A stretch of 63,544 nt of DNA, filler included, from Dirinaria sp. TL-2023a (taxonomy: Eukaryota): NCBI GenBank assembly GCA_051941275.1. It is 4 parts of 4 records of this genome, joined end to end, with 100 filler letters (N's around TTAATTAATTAA, not from the genome) between each part and the next. Parts side by side here need not be neighbours in the genome. Positions count along the whole stretch, not along the records: positions 1 to 15,838 come from JAVEBF010000524.1; 3 more parts are not named here. One strand, written 5' to 3'. Under the pieces are notes generated by a model. That model ran no database searches and was not told where the DNA came from. It was given only the letters and a program-made list of their open reading frames with translations. The translations under genes and the position numbers were made by a program. Below are positions 1-12,808 of the stretch, piece after piece (position 1 is the first letter of the stretch; every line of letters starts with the position of its first letter).

Positions 1-147
1 GAAGTGAGGTTGGGGGAGAGCATGGGGAGGGTTAGGTTGCGGTGCCGTGCGCCGGTGGTTAGGGAGGAAGGGATTGTGAGAGGGGAGGCAGGGAGTGGAA
101 GGGCGTCGGTCAGTGTCGTGATGGTGGTTATGATGTGGAAAAAACAT
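1..147 (-). CDS. 5' part of a putative secreted protein (truncated by window/contig edge)
   Basis: Minus-strand ATG at 147 reads MFFHIITTITTLTDALPLPASPLTIPSSLTTGARHRNLTLPMLSPNLT and stays open to the edge. Signal-peptide-like start ending in 'A-LP', two NLT sequons. Absent from the ORF track. Confidence 0.4.
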   Translation of the reverse strand, partial: MFFPHHNHHHDTDRRPSTPCLPSHNPFLPNHRRTAPQPNPPHALPQPHF

Positions 148-1764
148 AGGAACCGCACGCAAAAGCAGCAGGGAGGGTGCATTATTTACCACGATCTCGG
201 AGGCAGAGAGAGGCGGGACTAGGTATTGATGTGAAATGCAGCAGTGCTGATCTCGTTCGCTCACCTACCTTATAACTCGCATCAGTGTTGGACGTACGTA
301 GGACTCAGCGCTTCTTCGACGATGCCGGCTGGCGCCTAGACCGCCATGCACAGCCGTGGCGTGGATCATAGCCTTACAGGCGCTCTAAAAGAAGCGCCTC
401 TGTGCTTTGCATATGAAACATGCAAAACCGGTGAACTGCGCTTCACTCAAATTGTTGTTATAAAATCGGGAAGGTTAACGCATGAACGATACCTACATAG
501 ACTTTTCACCTCATCGCCACGAATTGTCCTGGAGAACTTCAGAAAAATGTTGAGGGCTTGCCTTGGTGATCAGGCTGGTGAGACTTGCAGACCTTCGCCT
601 TTTTGGCCGCACTCTGCACGAAATCGTAGTCAAGAAGAAATCGGACTAGGAAAAGGTGACGCAACAGAAGTGTGTGCTGGAGAGCACTTGCCTAGATGTA
701 TGAGAACCCTTGAAAGCTGAACAGGTAGATATACATCTCAGTCACACAAGTTCTAAGATTGACAGCTTTGTGATGGTGGTTCTGACAATTTAATTCTCAA
801 GATGAATGGGATGGAGCCGTGTTAAAATCATTTTTAATGTCAATGGAGGGCAATGAATGGCGAATACTTGAGCTCTTCGCTGTGCGTACATACCTGGGTA
901 TCTTGTACGATTAGATTAACCTATAGAGCACGAACCAACAGAAGGCTATGATTGAATTCACACCTGCTCTCATACCATGGTCCTCTCCCTGGATCTGGTG
1001 CCCTAACCCCTCTTGGCTCAGAATCGCCGAGAACTCGAGAGGCTCTAAAATACTTAGAGAGGCGTAGGGAAATAAAGATTTCGGTCCCAATGTCCAGCTG
1101 ATCCAGTGGCGCAGGGCTGAAACATTTGGACTTTTGGAGTGCGATGAAGTTGGCCATAATTAGAGGTGCAACGGACCACATGAGAACAATTTATCGAGCA
1201 AAAGCTAGTATAGATATCAAAGGGTATGGTAGCGAACCAGTAAATAACGCAGGTTTAGGACATCAAAAAAAAAAAAAAAAGACTTTATAGGAGGGGGGTC
1301 CAATGCCACGAAGCTGGGGTCAAAGGCGCTGTAACGAAGAGCAAGAAAACGAGAATGCTCGTGACGTACGTATAATCAAGGCGGCGAGTGCGATTAAGTC
1401 CATAGGATTGACCTTATGTTTAGCTGAGATGAGAAAATCGTACGGTAATGAAACAATAGAAGTATAGAGAAATAAGCTTACCTTTTCAAAAGACAGAGCC
1501 ATCAACAAGCCCGAAATGTACGAGTAGCCTGCTTGGAATACATACCTAGATCATTTGATCTGGAATTTCACTTACATCTATTTCGTAGCCTTTACAGCTC
1601 TACCGACGAGCTGCCGGACATGAGCCAAACCCAATGATTGTACTCAACCTCACCTACTGTGAGGACTGAGGAATGCATTTTAGGTCGCAAGCAATCTGGC
1701 CGGGAAGGTGGCCCTGTCGGTAAGGAGGGAGGGAGTCAACATTACCTTAGAATGGAGCCTTACC

Positions 1765-1958
1765 TACCTTAGCGAAGATATACGATTCCTTGGGACCGAG
1801 AAGGCGCGGTGGCTCCTGAAAAACAGTATAGACAGCCTTATTATTCAAAAAGTACCGTGTAGATACTGTATAGACACCTTATTAATCGTTACGATACTGT
1901 TTTTCAGGAGCCACCGCGCCTTCTCGGTCCCAGGGAATCGTATATCTTCGCTAAGGTA
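1765..1958. mobile_element. MITE-like element with 65-bp terminal inverted repeats bounded by TA (Tc1/mariner-type)
   Basis: 1765-1829 is the reverse complement of 1894-1958 with a single mismatch. Both ends are TA (putative TSD), with a 64-bp non-coding spacer. Confidence 0.8.
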
Positions 1959-3442
1959 TTGAGGTCATCAGTACCAGGGCTCATTCAGGGTTAAGTTCTA
2001 CACCAACATGGAATAACTGCCTACTGCAATAGTCATCATGGCGTAAAGCAGGCGACCTTAAGATCGCAATCAAGCGCCTTTACTACATCATGTAACACTT
2101 CCACCAATGCTACACGGTTGTCACCCGTTGCATATATCTTGCCAAGCAAAATGGACGAGTTCAATGCTGAAGGACATGGACGCGAATTCTCCTGGCAACA
2201 GCAGCTTCAAGAGCAACCTCCTGTGGATGATGACAAACAAATCCAATACGCCTTGGTTACGTCTCTGGCGCATCTCCTAGCTGCAGTCAAGCGCTGCCAA
2301 GTGTCATAGTGAAAGCTGCAATTTGTCACTTCGACCCTTCGTTCCGCTTGGATCGATCATCGGATAACTCCTCTCGGAGTTTCTTGAGATAACTTTCGAA
2401 TTCGCCACTGGATTCATTTACATGCTGTAGATACCCGGGAAGCGATGTCACGTGATTCATGTTAATTGAGTTGGCCAGCAGTAATAGTCGCTGAACGGAT
2501 TTGGCACCCCTTCGTATTCCCGTTCTTAAGCTGCTGATTTACACGGTCTGTGATGTCTTCTAAATCAACGTTCACTTCGCCCTACTCGCGGATGCGGGGA
2601 AAAAGCTTGCGCCACGTCTCGCGTTGTTGAGAGCCAGCGGGCTTCTCATGGTGAAGTGATTACTAAATTCGAGGTCTGAATTCTTCGTCGAATGTGCTGA
2701 TATGATTGGATGTTAGGGTAAGGATATCTGCATTATTTTCTTGTACGCGAAGGACAACAGGTATCCGTACAAGAGCATTTCTCTGCGCGTTGGCTAGGCC
2801 GCGCACCTGCAAGCATGCAACGCCAGCTTTGGCTCTAACATTCGTCCTGCCTCTGTGCTACCGAGGATTGAAGAGTCTGCCTCGAGCTCATGCGAAGGAA
2901 GAAAGCAGCGATGGCAGGTCTTGGTGGGAAGCTAGAGTGAATTCCTTCGCGCCCCATTTGACGAAGCAACTCCGCGTTGAACAAACGTGATCGGCCTGGG
3001 TGAAGAACCCATGGTACGGTGGAACATTTTTGTATTGGATGCTCGGCCATGCTCTGCATTAAACCAGCGATAAAGCGTCTCCAAAATTCCATTAGGATCG
3101 CTCGTCGTCCCGAGGTGGGTTGAAGCCCATGATTAGATACTTGGTTCAGCAAGACAGAGGGCAGCGGAGGCCGCTCTTCTAGATATACATGCACGTATGA
3201 TTGGTCAGTCCGCGCTTCTTGCTGGCCGTGAGTACTCCCACGTTTGTTTTTAGAGTTTCAATTCATTGGCTCGAGCTCTGCCATTGACTCTAATTAGTGG
3301 CTACCGGACCAGCGATAGACAGAAATCATGATCTACAGTTTAGGCGCAGGCAGTCGGGATCCTGTTCAAAGCTTCCATGACAGCGTTTTTATGAGGAATG
3401 AACGCCTGTACAGTGACGACTCCGTCGGGATACCCTTACCGC

Positions 3443-3790
3443 TGGAAAACCAAAATTCTGGTGCAGCGATATGCTCAGGCTTCGCGCTGATGATTGTTCA
3501 AGGTAATCTTACTACTATACAAGCTGCTCCGAGACTAATTCGTCGAGACTAATTCGTTTTGCGTGAACAGAATTGAAATGCTCCAGAACTCCATCATTTG
3601 ATTGATATTGGCGCTCATGTCAAACGATAATGAGGAGGAATCGTCTTCAGTGATTGACCTGGTATAGAATCTTGTCAATAAGGTTTGAAAGTTCAATACT
3701 GTGCTGCATAACGAGAGAGCTCTCGCCTAAATTATGCTAGAATTTCGGACCGTGGATACAGAAAGCGAACGAGTACTTCGATATTCTCGC
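3443..3790 (+). pseudogene. Decayed spliced gene fragment, product unknown
   Basis: GTAATC...CTAAT...CAG intron (3503-3570) joins protein-like frames (DMLRLRADDCSR/IEMLQNSII*LIL...) that are broken by in-frame stops at 3599, 3665, 3686 and 3728. Confidence 0.35.
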
Positions 3791-4159
3791 TATTTTAGCT
3801 TGTATTTTGCGGAATATACAGTGAGTTCCACAGACCAACCACTTTCAGCACCTATTTTCAAAGCCAGACCACTCTTGGATTCCTTCCACAAGGTGTCCGA
3901 CTGTAGGTTCAAGGTAGGAGTAGTCGCTAAAGTTGTCTCATCAGTTCAAGCTCAGAAATCAATGCTTAAGGTTTCAGTGTCCAGCGTGCTCACTTTGAGT
4001 AGCTTTTTAGTAGCGTCAATTAATAGCCGCCCGTTAAATTTGAAGGGGAAGAAGAATGAATTACATTACGGTTCGCATTTGCAAACGCTGGCACTAGATA
4101 ATCAAGAACCAGGCCTGCCTGCTTCCTGTGCCGGAAGAGGCCCCCTTTCCATTACCCGT

Positions 4160-5637
4160 TCATACATAGGATTGCTCCACGCTGACCGTAGTAAGGATGC
4201 CTCCGGGCCGGTTCGCTTCCTCAATTTCCTCGACAGAGTCGGCAGAGTCTTTCGCGCCGTGCTTCGTGGGCGCTCTCACGCCCCCTTCGATGCCCGTCAC
4301 AACCGTTCCTTTCAAAGGGCCGTTGCCCGAGAAACTCGGATACGATGCGTGCCGCTGTAACTCCAGATCGCCTCTGTCCCACAGTTCCTGCTCATCAATA
4401 CTCCGTGGTCTCTTGCTCTCTACGCGGCGTGAGCCTGAGGCCCCGTTCATGATGCTCGGAGTCGGCTTGGCGGGTTTGCGCCGGTGGCCCAGCGGTGCAA
4501 GCGTCGGCACACAAACGCATATTAGACCGGTGCATATCTCGGCGGTTCTGAGAGAATGTCAGCCTGATTGATACGGGCTTCAGGTTCAAAAGACATACGC
4601 CCAAAGCAATATCAAGGGACCATTGTAGGCCAAGTCAGGACTGTTGCTGGTCCGTAATCGCACAACGAAGCCGATGACGCTGAAAACAGGCGCACTAAAC
4701 GTGACAAAGTTAGTTTGGGATCAACTTCTGAAAGCAAATGCTAAGATCAATCGTGCTCAAGAACATACGTGAACCCGACGGTGAAGACCGCCATGATTCC
4801 CAGCTTCTTTTGAGTGTCCATCTGCAAAGTCCACAAGGATTTTACCGGGATTAACAATATGATCACGTCGGTGATAGTGTTGAAAAGGCCGCTGGTGTTC
4901 AGCAGGGCGGATACATTAACACAGGTCCCTTGGACAGTTTTGGCCCATATCTTTTCCCTTGGCGTGCATTCCCATATCTTGACTAGCGAAGTTGAAAAGT
5001 AGAAGAGTATGAGTATTGTCATGAACCCGCGAAGGATCCAGTCGAGAAAGGTGCCGCTATTGGCGACGAAGACTCTGCGGTAAAGGAGCAGTATCGAAAT
5101 TTTGGTGAGAAGGATCACGACGGCGTACACAATGGAGGTTGCATTAAACCACTGTACAGTTCATGAGTAGCCTGCACATCACGGAATGTCGAGATCATTT
5201 ACGTATAAGGCTTTGTGAACTTCGGGAACCGTCAAGTCCCACTCGTGCATACCACCATGCTTGCACATTGTCGCGGTCATTATCGCGCAGTAGGAAACCA
5301 ACCCGGCCTTATCGCTAGTCAGCCGTGAATACCCAAGAGTACTGCAATGCAGATTCGCCCCACCCAAGCTAAGGATACGGCATCTAGGAGTCCGTTAGTC
5401 TCCAGCTAAATGTGGCAAGAAGCAGTCAACGCCAAACTTACAGTCTTCCAGTTCCCATGCTCGTTTGATGAAGAGACGGACGTAGACGCGAAGTAGAAAC
5501 AGTATGGTAGCGATGGAAAGGCAGATGGCGATCGTGAGAACATCCCATTTCAACAACGAATCTGGGTGAACCAAGTCTGACGTTTGTCCTTTGGGTGCTG
5601 CTAAGGCCGGAGTTGGGGTAGCAGATGGAGCAGCCAT
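4160..5637 (-). CDS. PTH11-like / fungal rhodopsin-domain integral membrane protein (6 exons, no CFEM domain)
   Basis: Spliced: MAAPSATP...LRVYVRLFIKRAWELED/YAVSLAW/AGLVSY...GGMHEWDL/WFNATSIVYAVVILLTKISILLLYRRVF...CTP...NTITDVIILLIPVKSLWTLQM...KKLGIMAVF/...AEICTGLICVCVPTLAPL. Canonical GT-AG introns. Confidence 0.85.
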
Positions 5638-6870
5638 GGCCACTTCACGGCTTCGATCTGTATGTTGGTTCTGAATGCGGTCCCCATGCGCATGAAGCTT
5701 CTATTAGAAGTGTCGAGTCGCGCTCTGCCGTGTTTACCATTCACTCGCGTAACAACACGCTCGGTGAATAGAGTGGCCACGGCTGGAACGGCATGTGAAG
5801 GCACAATTTTCACTGACAAGCAGTATGAATTTTGAAGGAGAACACAAATTCTATTTAATGCAGGTTATGTATACCGCCACGTTATATCCATGGCTCCGAA
5901 GCCTTCGAAGATGAGAGATGGAGCACTGACTTATCTAGCGGTCGCTTACATGCAGGAACAATATAGTACATGTACGACTGACGAAAACTGGGGCTTTCAT
6001 CATTACTAAATACCCATTAGGTCATTCTAGTCGTCTTCTGCATGTCAGACTGACGTGGGCGATCCTGTAATCCTTCGAAAGAACCTCTTAAGCTTAATGC
6101 GATGAAAGTATGATGCTTAGTTTTCATTAGCGACAGCATATGCCAACATGCGCCAGCATACGCCGTACCTTTCGCCTCCTTCGTACCCTGGATGCAGTGT
6201 TGCATGTTGGACGCATTTCATAGAGCCCCCGCTTGCGCAAAGATCTGCATCAGACCTGCAGCCCCTTTCTTGGGCACACGTGCTGGCGCATCACAATGCC
6301 GTCCGTGTCAAGCAGCGCTGCAGCATGCGCCGTTGTGGGGAACTGCGAAAAAAGGGTTTTGCGAAATGAAAAGTTGCGCGCAAAGGCCGATAGCATGGCT
6401 GCAGCTAAGATTGATAACAAGCAATTCCTCTTACCAATGACCCACGAGGGACAATTTCCGGGAAATGGTTTCGCATGTGCAGGCGAAAAGAATTAGACCT
6501 CGCCATGTAGCTGCAACCTGGAAGCAAGTGAGATAAGTGATAGGCTCAGCGCCCACACACTTTTTCAGCACTGGCCTTCGTCTATCATCGTCACTCCTTC
6601 TGCCATCCATGGTGTGTGTTGGGTCTGTTGGCGGCGCTTTGCCTTGACTGGTTTCGTGACCGATGCAACTAGCAGCATCACGTGACAGTTACCGCGCCAA
6701 TCAAGCCTACAGGTGGTTTTGACAGTCCAAACAGTTCCAACGGTCTTTTGATAGTGCTCACGACAGGAAACTTTCTTTTCTGTTACAACATGGCATGCAG
6801 GCAGCCGCTGTCATTGCGTTTATTTTTCGTCGAGCCCTCGTTGAGACTCATCCCATTGGTGCGATCGCTC

Positions 6871-6981
6871 CCTCCGTGCCTCCGTGCCTCCGTGCCTCCA
6901 CGGTTCTGTCGGAATGTGGCGGCAGGATGGGTTTTGTGGGATCAAAAGAGGTCCTGCCGCCGAGCCTGTCGCCGAGCCTGT
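6871..6981. repeat. Short tandem repeats in a divergent promoter: (CCTCCGTG)x3.6 at 6871-6899 and (CGCCGAGCCTGT)x2 at 6958-6981
   Basis: Read directly from the sequence. Confidence 0.85.
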
Positions 6982-7360
6982 AGTATACAAAAGTAATGCC
7001 TTATCGTAGACAATTGTAGGTGGGTTCTCCTAGAAGGCCAATTTCCTTCGCTTCCCTCTCCCTTCAGCCTTCCCACTGTCCTTCGGAGCATTTCTCCCAC
7101 TTTTTCGTTGGAAATCTTTGGCGGGTGAATATTTCCTTAGCCCCTCGGCTAAAGAGGTGAATATTTTGATAGTAGCGGAAATCGCGTACGGAGTACAGGA
7201 CCTCCGTTTACTGTCGCAGAACTCCTATATCCAGGGAGCCAGAGTTCCTACTGAGCACGGCTGTTGTGAGACTCTTGTTCAGGCCTTGCTTTGTAGAGGT
7301 ATAGGAGAACAGTTGAAAACAGCGGGTCAAATCTTGAAATAGAACTCCCCAGAAGAAAAC

Positions 7361-9047
7361 ATGGATAGACCAAGTAAGTGATGGTGCTCGGACTTGACTC
7401 CTATCGACACTAAAAGGTATCATTTCGTGCTAGTCTACGTGTCGGAGGAATTCAAAGGTCCCGAAGTCCACAGCTCAATGGCTAGCCATCCTAATTCCGA
7501 CGCCTCGATCGAATGTCCGCAATCAATTGACGAGAAAGCCCTTGTTCGCAAGATCGACTTTCGAGTCCTACCGGTTCTCTTCGTGCTTTACGTCGCAGCG
7601 TTCTTGGACCGAGTCAACATCTCCAACGCTCTAACACTGGGCCTTCAGAAAGATTTGAAGCTCAAGAGCAACGAGGCCAATGTAGCCCTCACGATTTTCT
7701 TCGTCCCTTACGTCCTTTTTGAGGTCCCCTCCAATGTCCTGATGAAGCGCTTCAAGCCTCATGTGTGGTGCAAGTCCCCTAGATTCCGACGCTCGTGCAA
7801 ATATCAAATTCTAACAGGGCTGTAGTATCAGGATGTATACTGGCTTTCGGCATCGTCATGCTCTGCCAAGGTTTTGGTAAGAAGCGAACACCAATCCACA
7901 ACTTTGGACTTTCCGCTCACAGTCCATAGTCCAGAACTACAGTGGCCTCCTCGCAACAAGATTCTTCCTGGGCTTTGCAGAAGCTGGCGTCTTTCCCGGC
8001 AGTAAGCGCAGATCGACCCTCACGTGCTTGGTAGCTGACACTTGGTAGGCTTCTACCTCATTAGCTTCTGGTATAAACGTGAAGAATCGCAACGCCGCTT
8101 TACAATCTACTGGTGCTCTGTCCTAGTTGCCAGCATGTTTGGAGGTCTCCTTGCTAGCGCAATTGCGAACATGAAGGGAATACAAGGCTACAACAGTTGG
8201 CGATGGATTTTCATACTGGAGGGCATCGCAACCATATTACTCGGCATCGCAGCATTCTTCTTTGTTTCAGACTTCCCCGAGAACTCGAGGTGGTTGAGCG
8301 AAGAAGAGCGAGCATTTGTGATTGCCAGAACCGGAGCCGAAAAGAAGGGAGCGAGACCAATAACGATGAGAGATGTGCTATTTTTCTTCACAGACCCGAA
8401 AAACGCGCTCGCTGGCATAATCTATTTTGCCACCGTAATCCCCATCTACTGTACGTTTTCTTCCCCACCGCAACAGAGGCTGACTGACAGACTGACACTG
8501 CTCAGCATTCACCTACTTCGCCCCTACCATTGTCAAAACACTCGGCTATGGCACGATTCAGACCCAACTCCATACTGTTCCTCCAACCGCTGCTGCTTTT
8601 GCTCTCTGCCTCATCATGGCCTATTTTTCTGATCGCTTGCGTCTGCGCTACCCTTTCGTCGCATTCGCTACCGTCCTCACGATCGCCGGCCTCGGTATTC
8701 TGATGACCACGCATCACAACTTCCACGCCGAATACGCCGGCATCTGCCTTGTCGCCATGGGCGCCTTTTCTGCCGGCCCAATCGTCGTATGTTGGTACGT
8801 GATGAACCTGAGTGGTCACGTGGAGAGGAGCATCGGGACCGCGTGGATGATCAGCTTCGGCAATATCGGCGGCATCGTGGCGACGTTTGCGTTCTTGAAG
8901 AAAGACGCTCCGGAGTACCACACGGGGTACAGCATCGTCATGGCGTTCACGTGCTTGGGTGCCGCGGCCAGCACGCTCTATGCGATCGCAGCGGTGATAC
9001 AGAACAAAACGAGGGTGAGGGAGGGGCAGGGGAGGCTGAGTCTGTAG
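7361..9047 (+). CDS. MFS transporter, anion:cation symporter / allantoate permease (Dal5/Tna1-like) family
   Basis: LVRKIDFRVLP, FLDRVNISNA, FFVPYVLFEVPSN, RFFLGFAEAGVFPG, WRWIFILEG motifs. Micro-exon MDRP at 7361 spliced in frame through intron 7374-7433. Further introns at about 7770-7825, 7877-7929, 8002-8048 and 8451-8505. Confidence 0.9.
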
Positions 9048-12000
9048 GTATGACGGACTCGGCGGGATGATTCGGTGGCATACATACACACACAGAAGCT
9101 GGGCTTTCACGACTGATGGGATTTGTGATTAGATACATTTCTAGGAGATATTACCTCCGACCTGCATATAAGCTTAGCAAGGCGTGGACAAGTCTTGAAG
9201 ATTGTTGAGGGTAGCTGGAGCATCATTATCATCAGCCTTCGAACTGCAATAGAGTAAGGACATTGTATCTTGTGCAAGAAGACGAACTCTGAAAGGTCTC
9301 ACATTGGACAGCTAAGGCCATTGAGTCCATTTGCCAAGGCCTTGACTGAGTCATCTGGCACGCTTTCAACTATCCTTTTCAAAGGTTGTTGGGATTGGTG
9401 GTCCCGTTGGATGTCAACCTGGGAGACTGTAAACAGGTCTCGTAGCCGAATATACCGATTCTTTGCGAGCAATCTGAGGGTCAGGATGCCCCAATAGCTT
9501 AATCAAGCAAAACTCCATTGTGAGACACAAGGAACAAGTAGTTCGCGGTTACAACTGGCTTTCTCTTGATCATTTCTATAGGCCTCTCACTCAGACTTAG
9601 AATTAATGGCGACAACCATGCTTCGGATGCCGTGCTTCACAGCCCGATCGCGTTCTTTAATACGTGGCATAACCTACTGTACTTTCGTTCTCCATATGCG
9701 TGGAAAAACGCTCTTCGTTCAATTTTGCATCTCGATATATTGCCCTACCAACGGCTACTATCAGAAGAATCAGAGATGCTTCGCTGCATGTCTCCCGCTG
9801 CTACCAGCCCGCTTCCCGCTGCATGTCATCAGCCGATCGCTTTTACGCGCACCTCTCTCGTCCATCACTGCCACTCCACGCTCCGCGACTTCGACCAGGG
9901 GATTCTGATCGTGCGACATCTCGCTTCTCCGCATCCCGTCGTAGCCTAAGGAGGTCCATGCGTTGTGGCTTCCCTGCCAATTTCGCAGCGCTGGCGCTCT
10001 GGCCATCATCCATGATCTAAAGTACGGATCACCATCACTCCGTAGCACAGTCTTAAGCAGCCTGTGCAGCGCTCGTGGGATCATGACTAGAACACACTGG
10101 CCTGTGGGGGGGGGGGACGTACAGCTTGGCTTTGGGGGAGCTATGCGGGCTTTAGGTAGCCAAGCGGATGCTCTAGGTGATATTCCTGGGTGGTCTCCTG
10201 GGCGACATAATGGCGCCACTGGCTAGGGGTTTTGGTTGCGGTTCCTTTCTTCCCGCTGTGCCTGCCTGTGGATTGCAGGTTAGGAAACATCTGGACGGAC
10301 TTCAGATGGCTTCTAAAGTCTGCAGAAAAGGCTCTGAAACACTTCATGTGAGTAATTTTTTCATTTCGGCGATCTGTCTCTACTCCTACGAAATGTTTTT
10401 TTGGAGTCACTGGGTGAGCCGTTAAGCTACTCAGGAGGAAGCGGATGGAGATAATGCGGTTTGTGTGGGCTCAAAAGTCTCCGAGCAACACGTTCATATA
10501 TCATGCAGCAGCCACGACGTTGAAAGCTGCGAGCATTATCGTCAAGCAGGACAGTGCAGCTTGAGCGCTATCGTGTGAAATCCTTGATCCCGTCCGCAGT
10601 ACTCCGTACATTGTCAGAACATCATCTTTCAACCGTAACTGCTCCAACATCCTGCAGTCGAACTCTACTGTACTACCAGCTAGCATATTGGCAAGAGGAA
10701 TGGTGCTGTCAGTGTTGCATTGAAAATCCGATCTAATCCATAGCCTTTTTGACCGTAAGCACTATAAGGTCGTGATTGCTACTGACAGCGATTCAATTTG
10801 CGATTCTGCATGACTTCTCCTCGATGCTCTACCCATTCTTGAAGATCACTTCATTTTTTGATTTCGGTTATGTCTCTAGACTTTTGCACGCTTCAAGGGT
10901 TGTACCGCAGCAGAGAAATTAGGGTGCATTAATATTACGTTTCTGCTTGCCGACACCCTCAAAGGCATCATCGTACTTACAAATTGCTATTCTACTGGCT
11001 CGTCACATCATATTGGCGACAGCAATCTTTAACTTTCTATGCTTCTAATCAGAATTTCAAGCTCGTTACCCTTTTTCCTTTTGTTTCTTGTGTCTTTTGA
11101 GCTTATACCATCTTTGACAGCTAAGTCTTCTACGTCCTAGAGACTTTCATCTAGCCCCATAAGACAACTCCGGCCATACTGTCCACAGTCCCGCGCTGGG
11201 CAATCAATGGGCACTGCAACAGTACTGTTTGTTCCTGCTCTTCAAATATATGATTCTGCCAGTTCACACTCAGAGAAGAGCCCCCGTTGCCGTGCCTTGG
11301 CGGTAGCATTGAGGGTTGAGCAGTGCAAAGGGATGAAATGGAGTTAAAAAACTTGGTATCCAACCAATCTCTGATGCGTCCTTCTATTCGAATTTAGTCT
11401 CGGTGAGGGATCGTGATTGGCTATCGACTGCATCATGCTGTTAAATAATATGAATTTATGTATAGCTGCTTTGCTGGTCGCCACCAGTCTTGAAAAGGAG
11501 AATCTCCAGCAATCTTGAGTAGCAACAGCAAAATAACAAAATTGGAAGAGAAGACGATGCGCAGGATCCCTGGTATAATGTGCATCAACATTGCACTGGT
11601 ATATACTAGCACATCGGCCTGCTCTCCCGTATTCCGTCCATCAAAACGTACGTCGCATGTCCGTGCGCTAAGCTAGTTCTTTCCAGGGTCTCGCATGCTC
11701 TGTTCAATCATGCACGAAATGTCTTGCAGCAGATTCTGTCAGGCACTGCACCGTTGCTGCCGTTTCTCCGACGCAAAAAAAAAAGAGAGAAAAAGGCAAT
11801 GTCGAGGCACGCAGTTCGAATATTGAGACCTCGAGATTCAGAAGCGAACGGACGAGTTTATCAAAGCCGCTGCAAGTTCGCGTCAAGGGCTTTAGGCGCT
11901 ACTATATCTTATCAAAGTAGATGTGTCCATCTGCTTGCATTAGCGAGATAAAGAAGACGGAAGAGCAGAGGAGAGGAGGAAGCCAGTACGGAGTAAGAGG

Positions 12001-12808
12001 TTAGAGGACGGGCGGGCGGGGAACAATTGCCGGAAGATCATCTACAGTAGCGTCCGGTGGCGTGGCTTGGAACGATTAAGCGGAGCGGATATCCAGCATC
12101 CTGAGAATGGCAGCATCGTGCATCGTGCATACGAGTACTGTACCTGCAAGCCCCTTGCTACGGATCTGGATTCCCTTCTACCTCAAGTTCCTCTGAGAAA
12201 TGTGGCATCCTTTACATGATGTCATGGTCGAAGACAATGAGAATCGCTGGAGACCTACACTGACTTTCACAATATGCGATTCTAGCCATGTCGCGAATGG
12301 TTGGTCTACAAGGTCATCAAACAGGATGGAGATACGGTGACAATTCCTTCAGTAGAGCCGACGGCATGCGACCGGATGCCCAGGAACAGTTCCGGCGGCC
12401 CATTGACGTAGTCTTTTCATGCTCTTGTTCTGGCCACAGTTTGGACCTGACAAATGAAAAAGATAGTCCTTGAATTCACATCGCACCGGAAAATATAACG
12501 TCGGAACGCATCACTGCACGCACATTCCAATCCCAGCCAGCCAGTAACTGAGTCGCCAATTCGAAGTTCACGCATCCCGTCGCCTCAGCTGTTGAAGCTC
12601 GTCAAGATGTCTGAGGGCAAGAAAAACATTTCGAGATCTATGCTTGGGCGTTCTGGAATCAATAGCACTACAATGCTTCGACCGGGAGTGCCCGTTGAAG
12701 CGCAAATCGAAACAGATTTAGGTAAGCGATAGGCGCTCTCATTTTATATGGAAAAGGCTCTGGAGCAGTGGGTCTCTCCACTTCGTAGCTCAAGGTATCG
12801 TCGGAAGC

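Noticed and set aside
3734..4571. Plus-strand ORFs of 208 and 124 aa
   Set aside because: Largely antisense to the last exon and 3' UTR of the PTH11-like gene, with no recognisable motifs.
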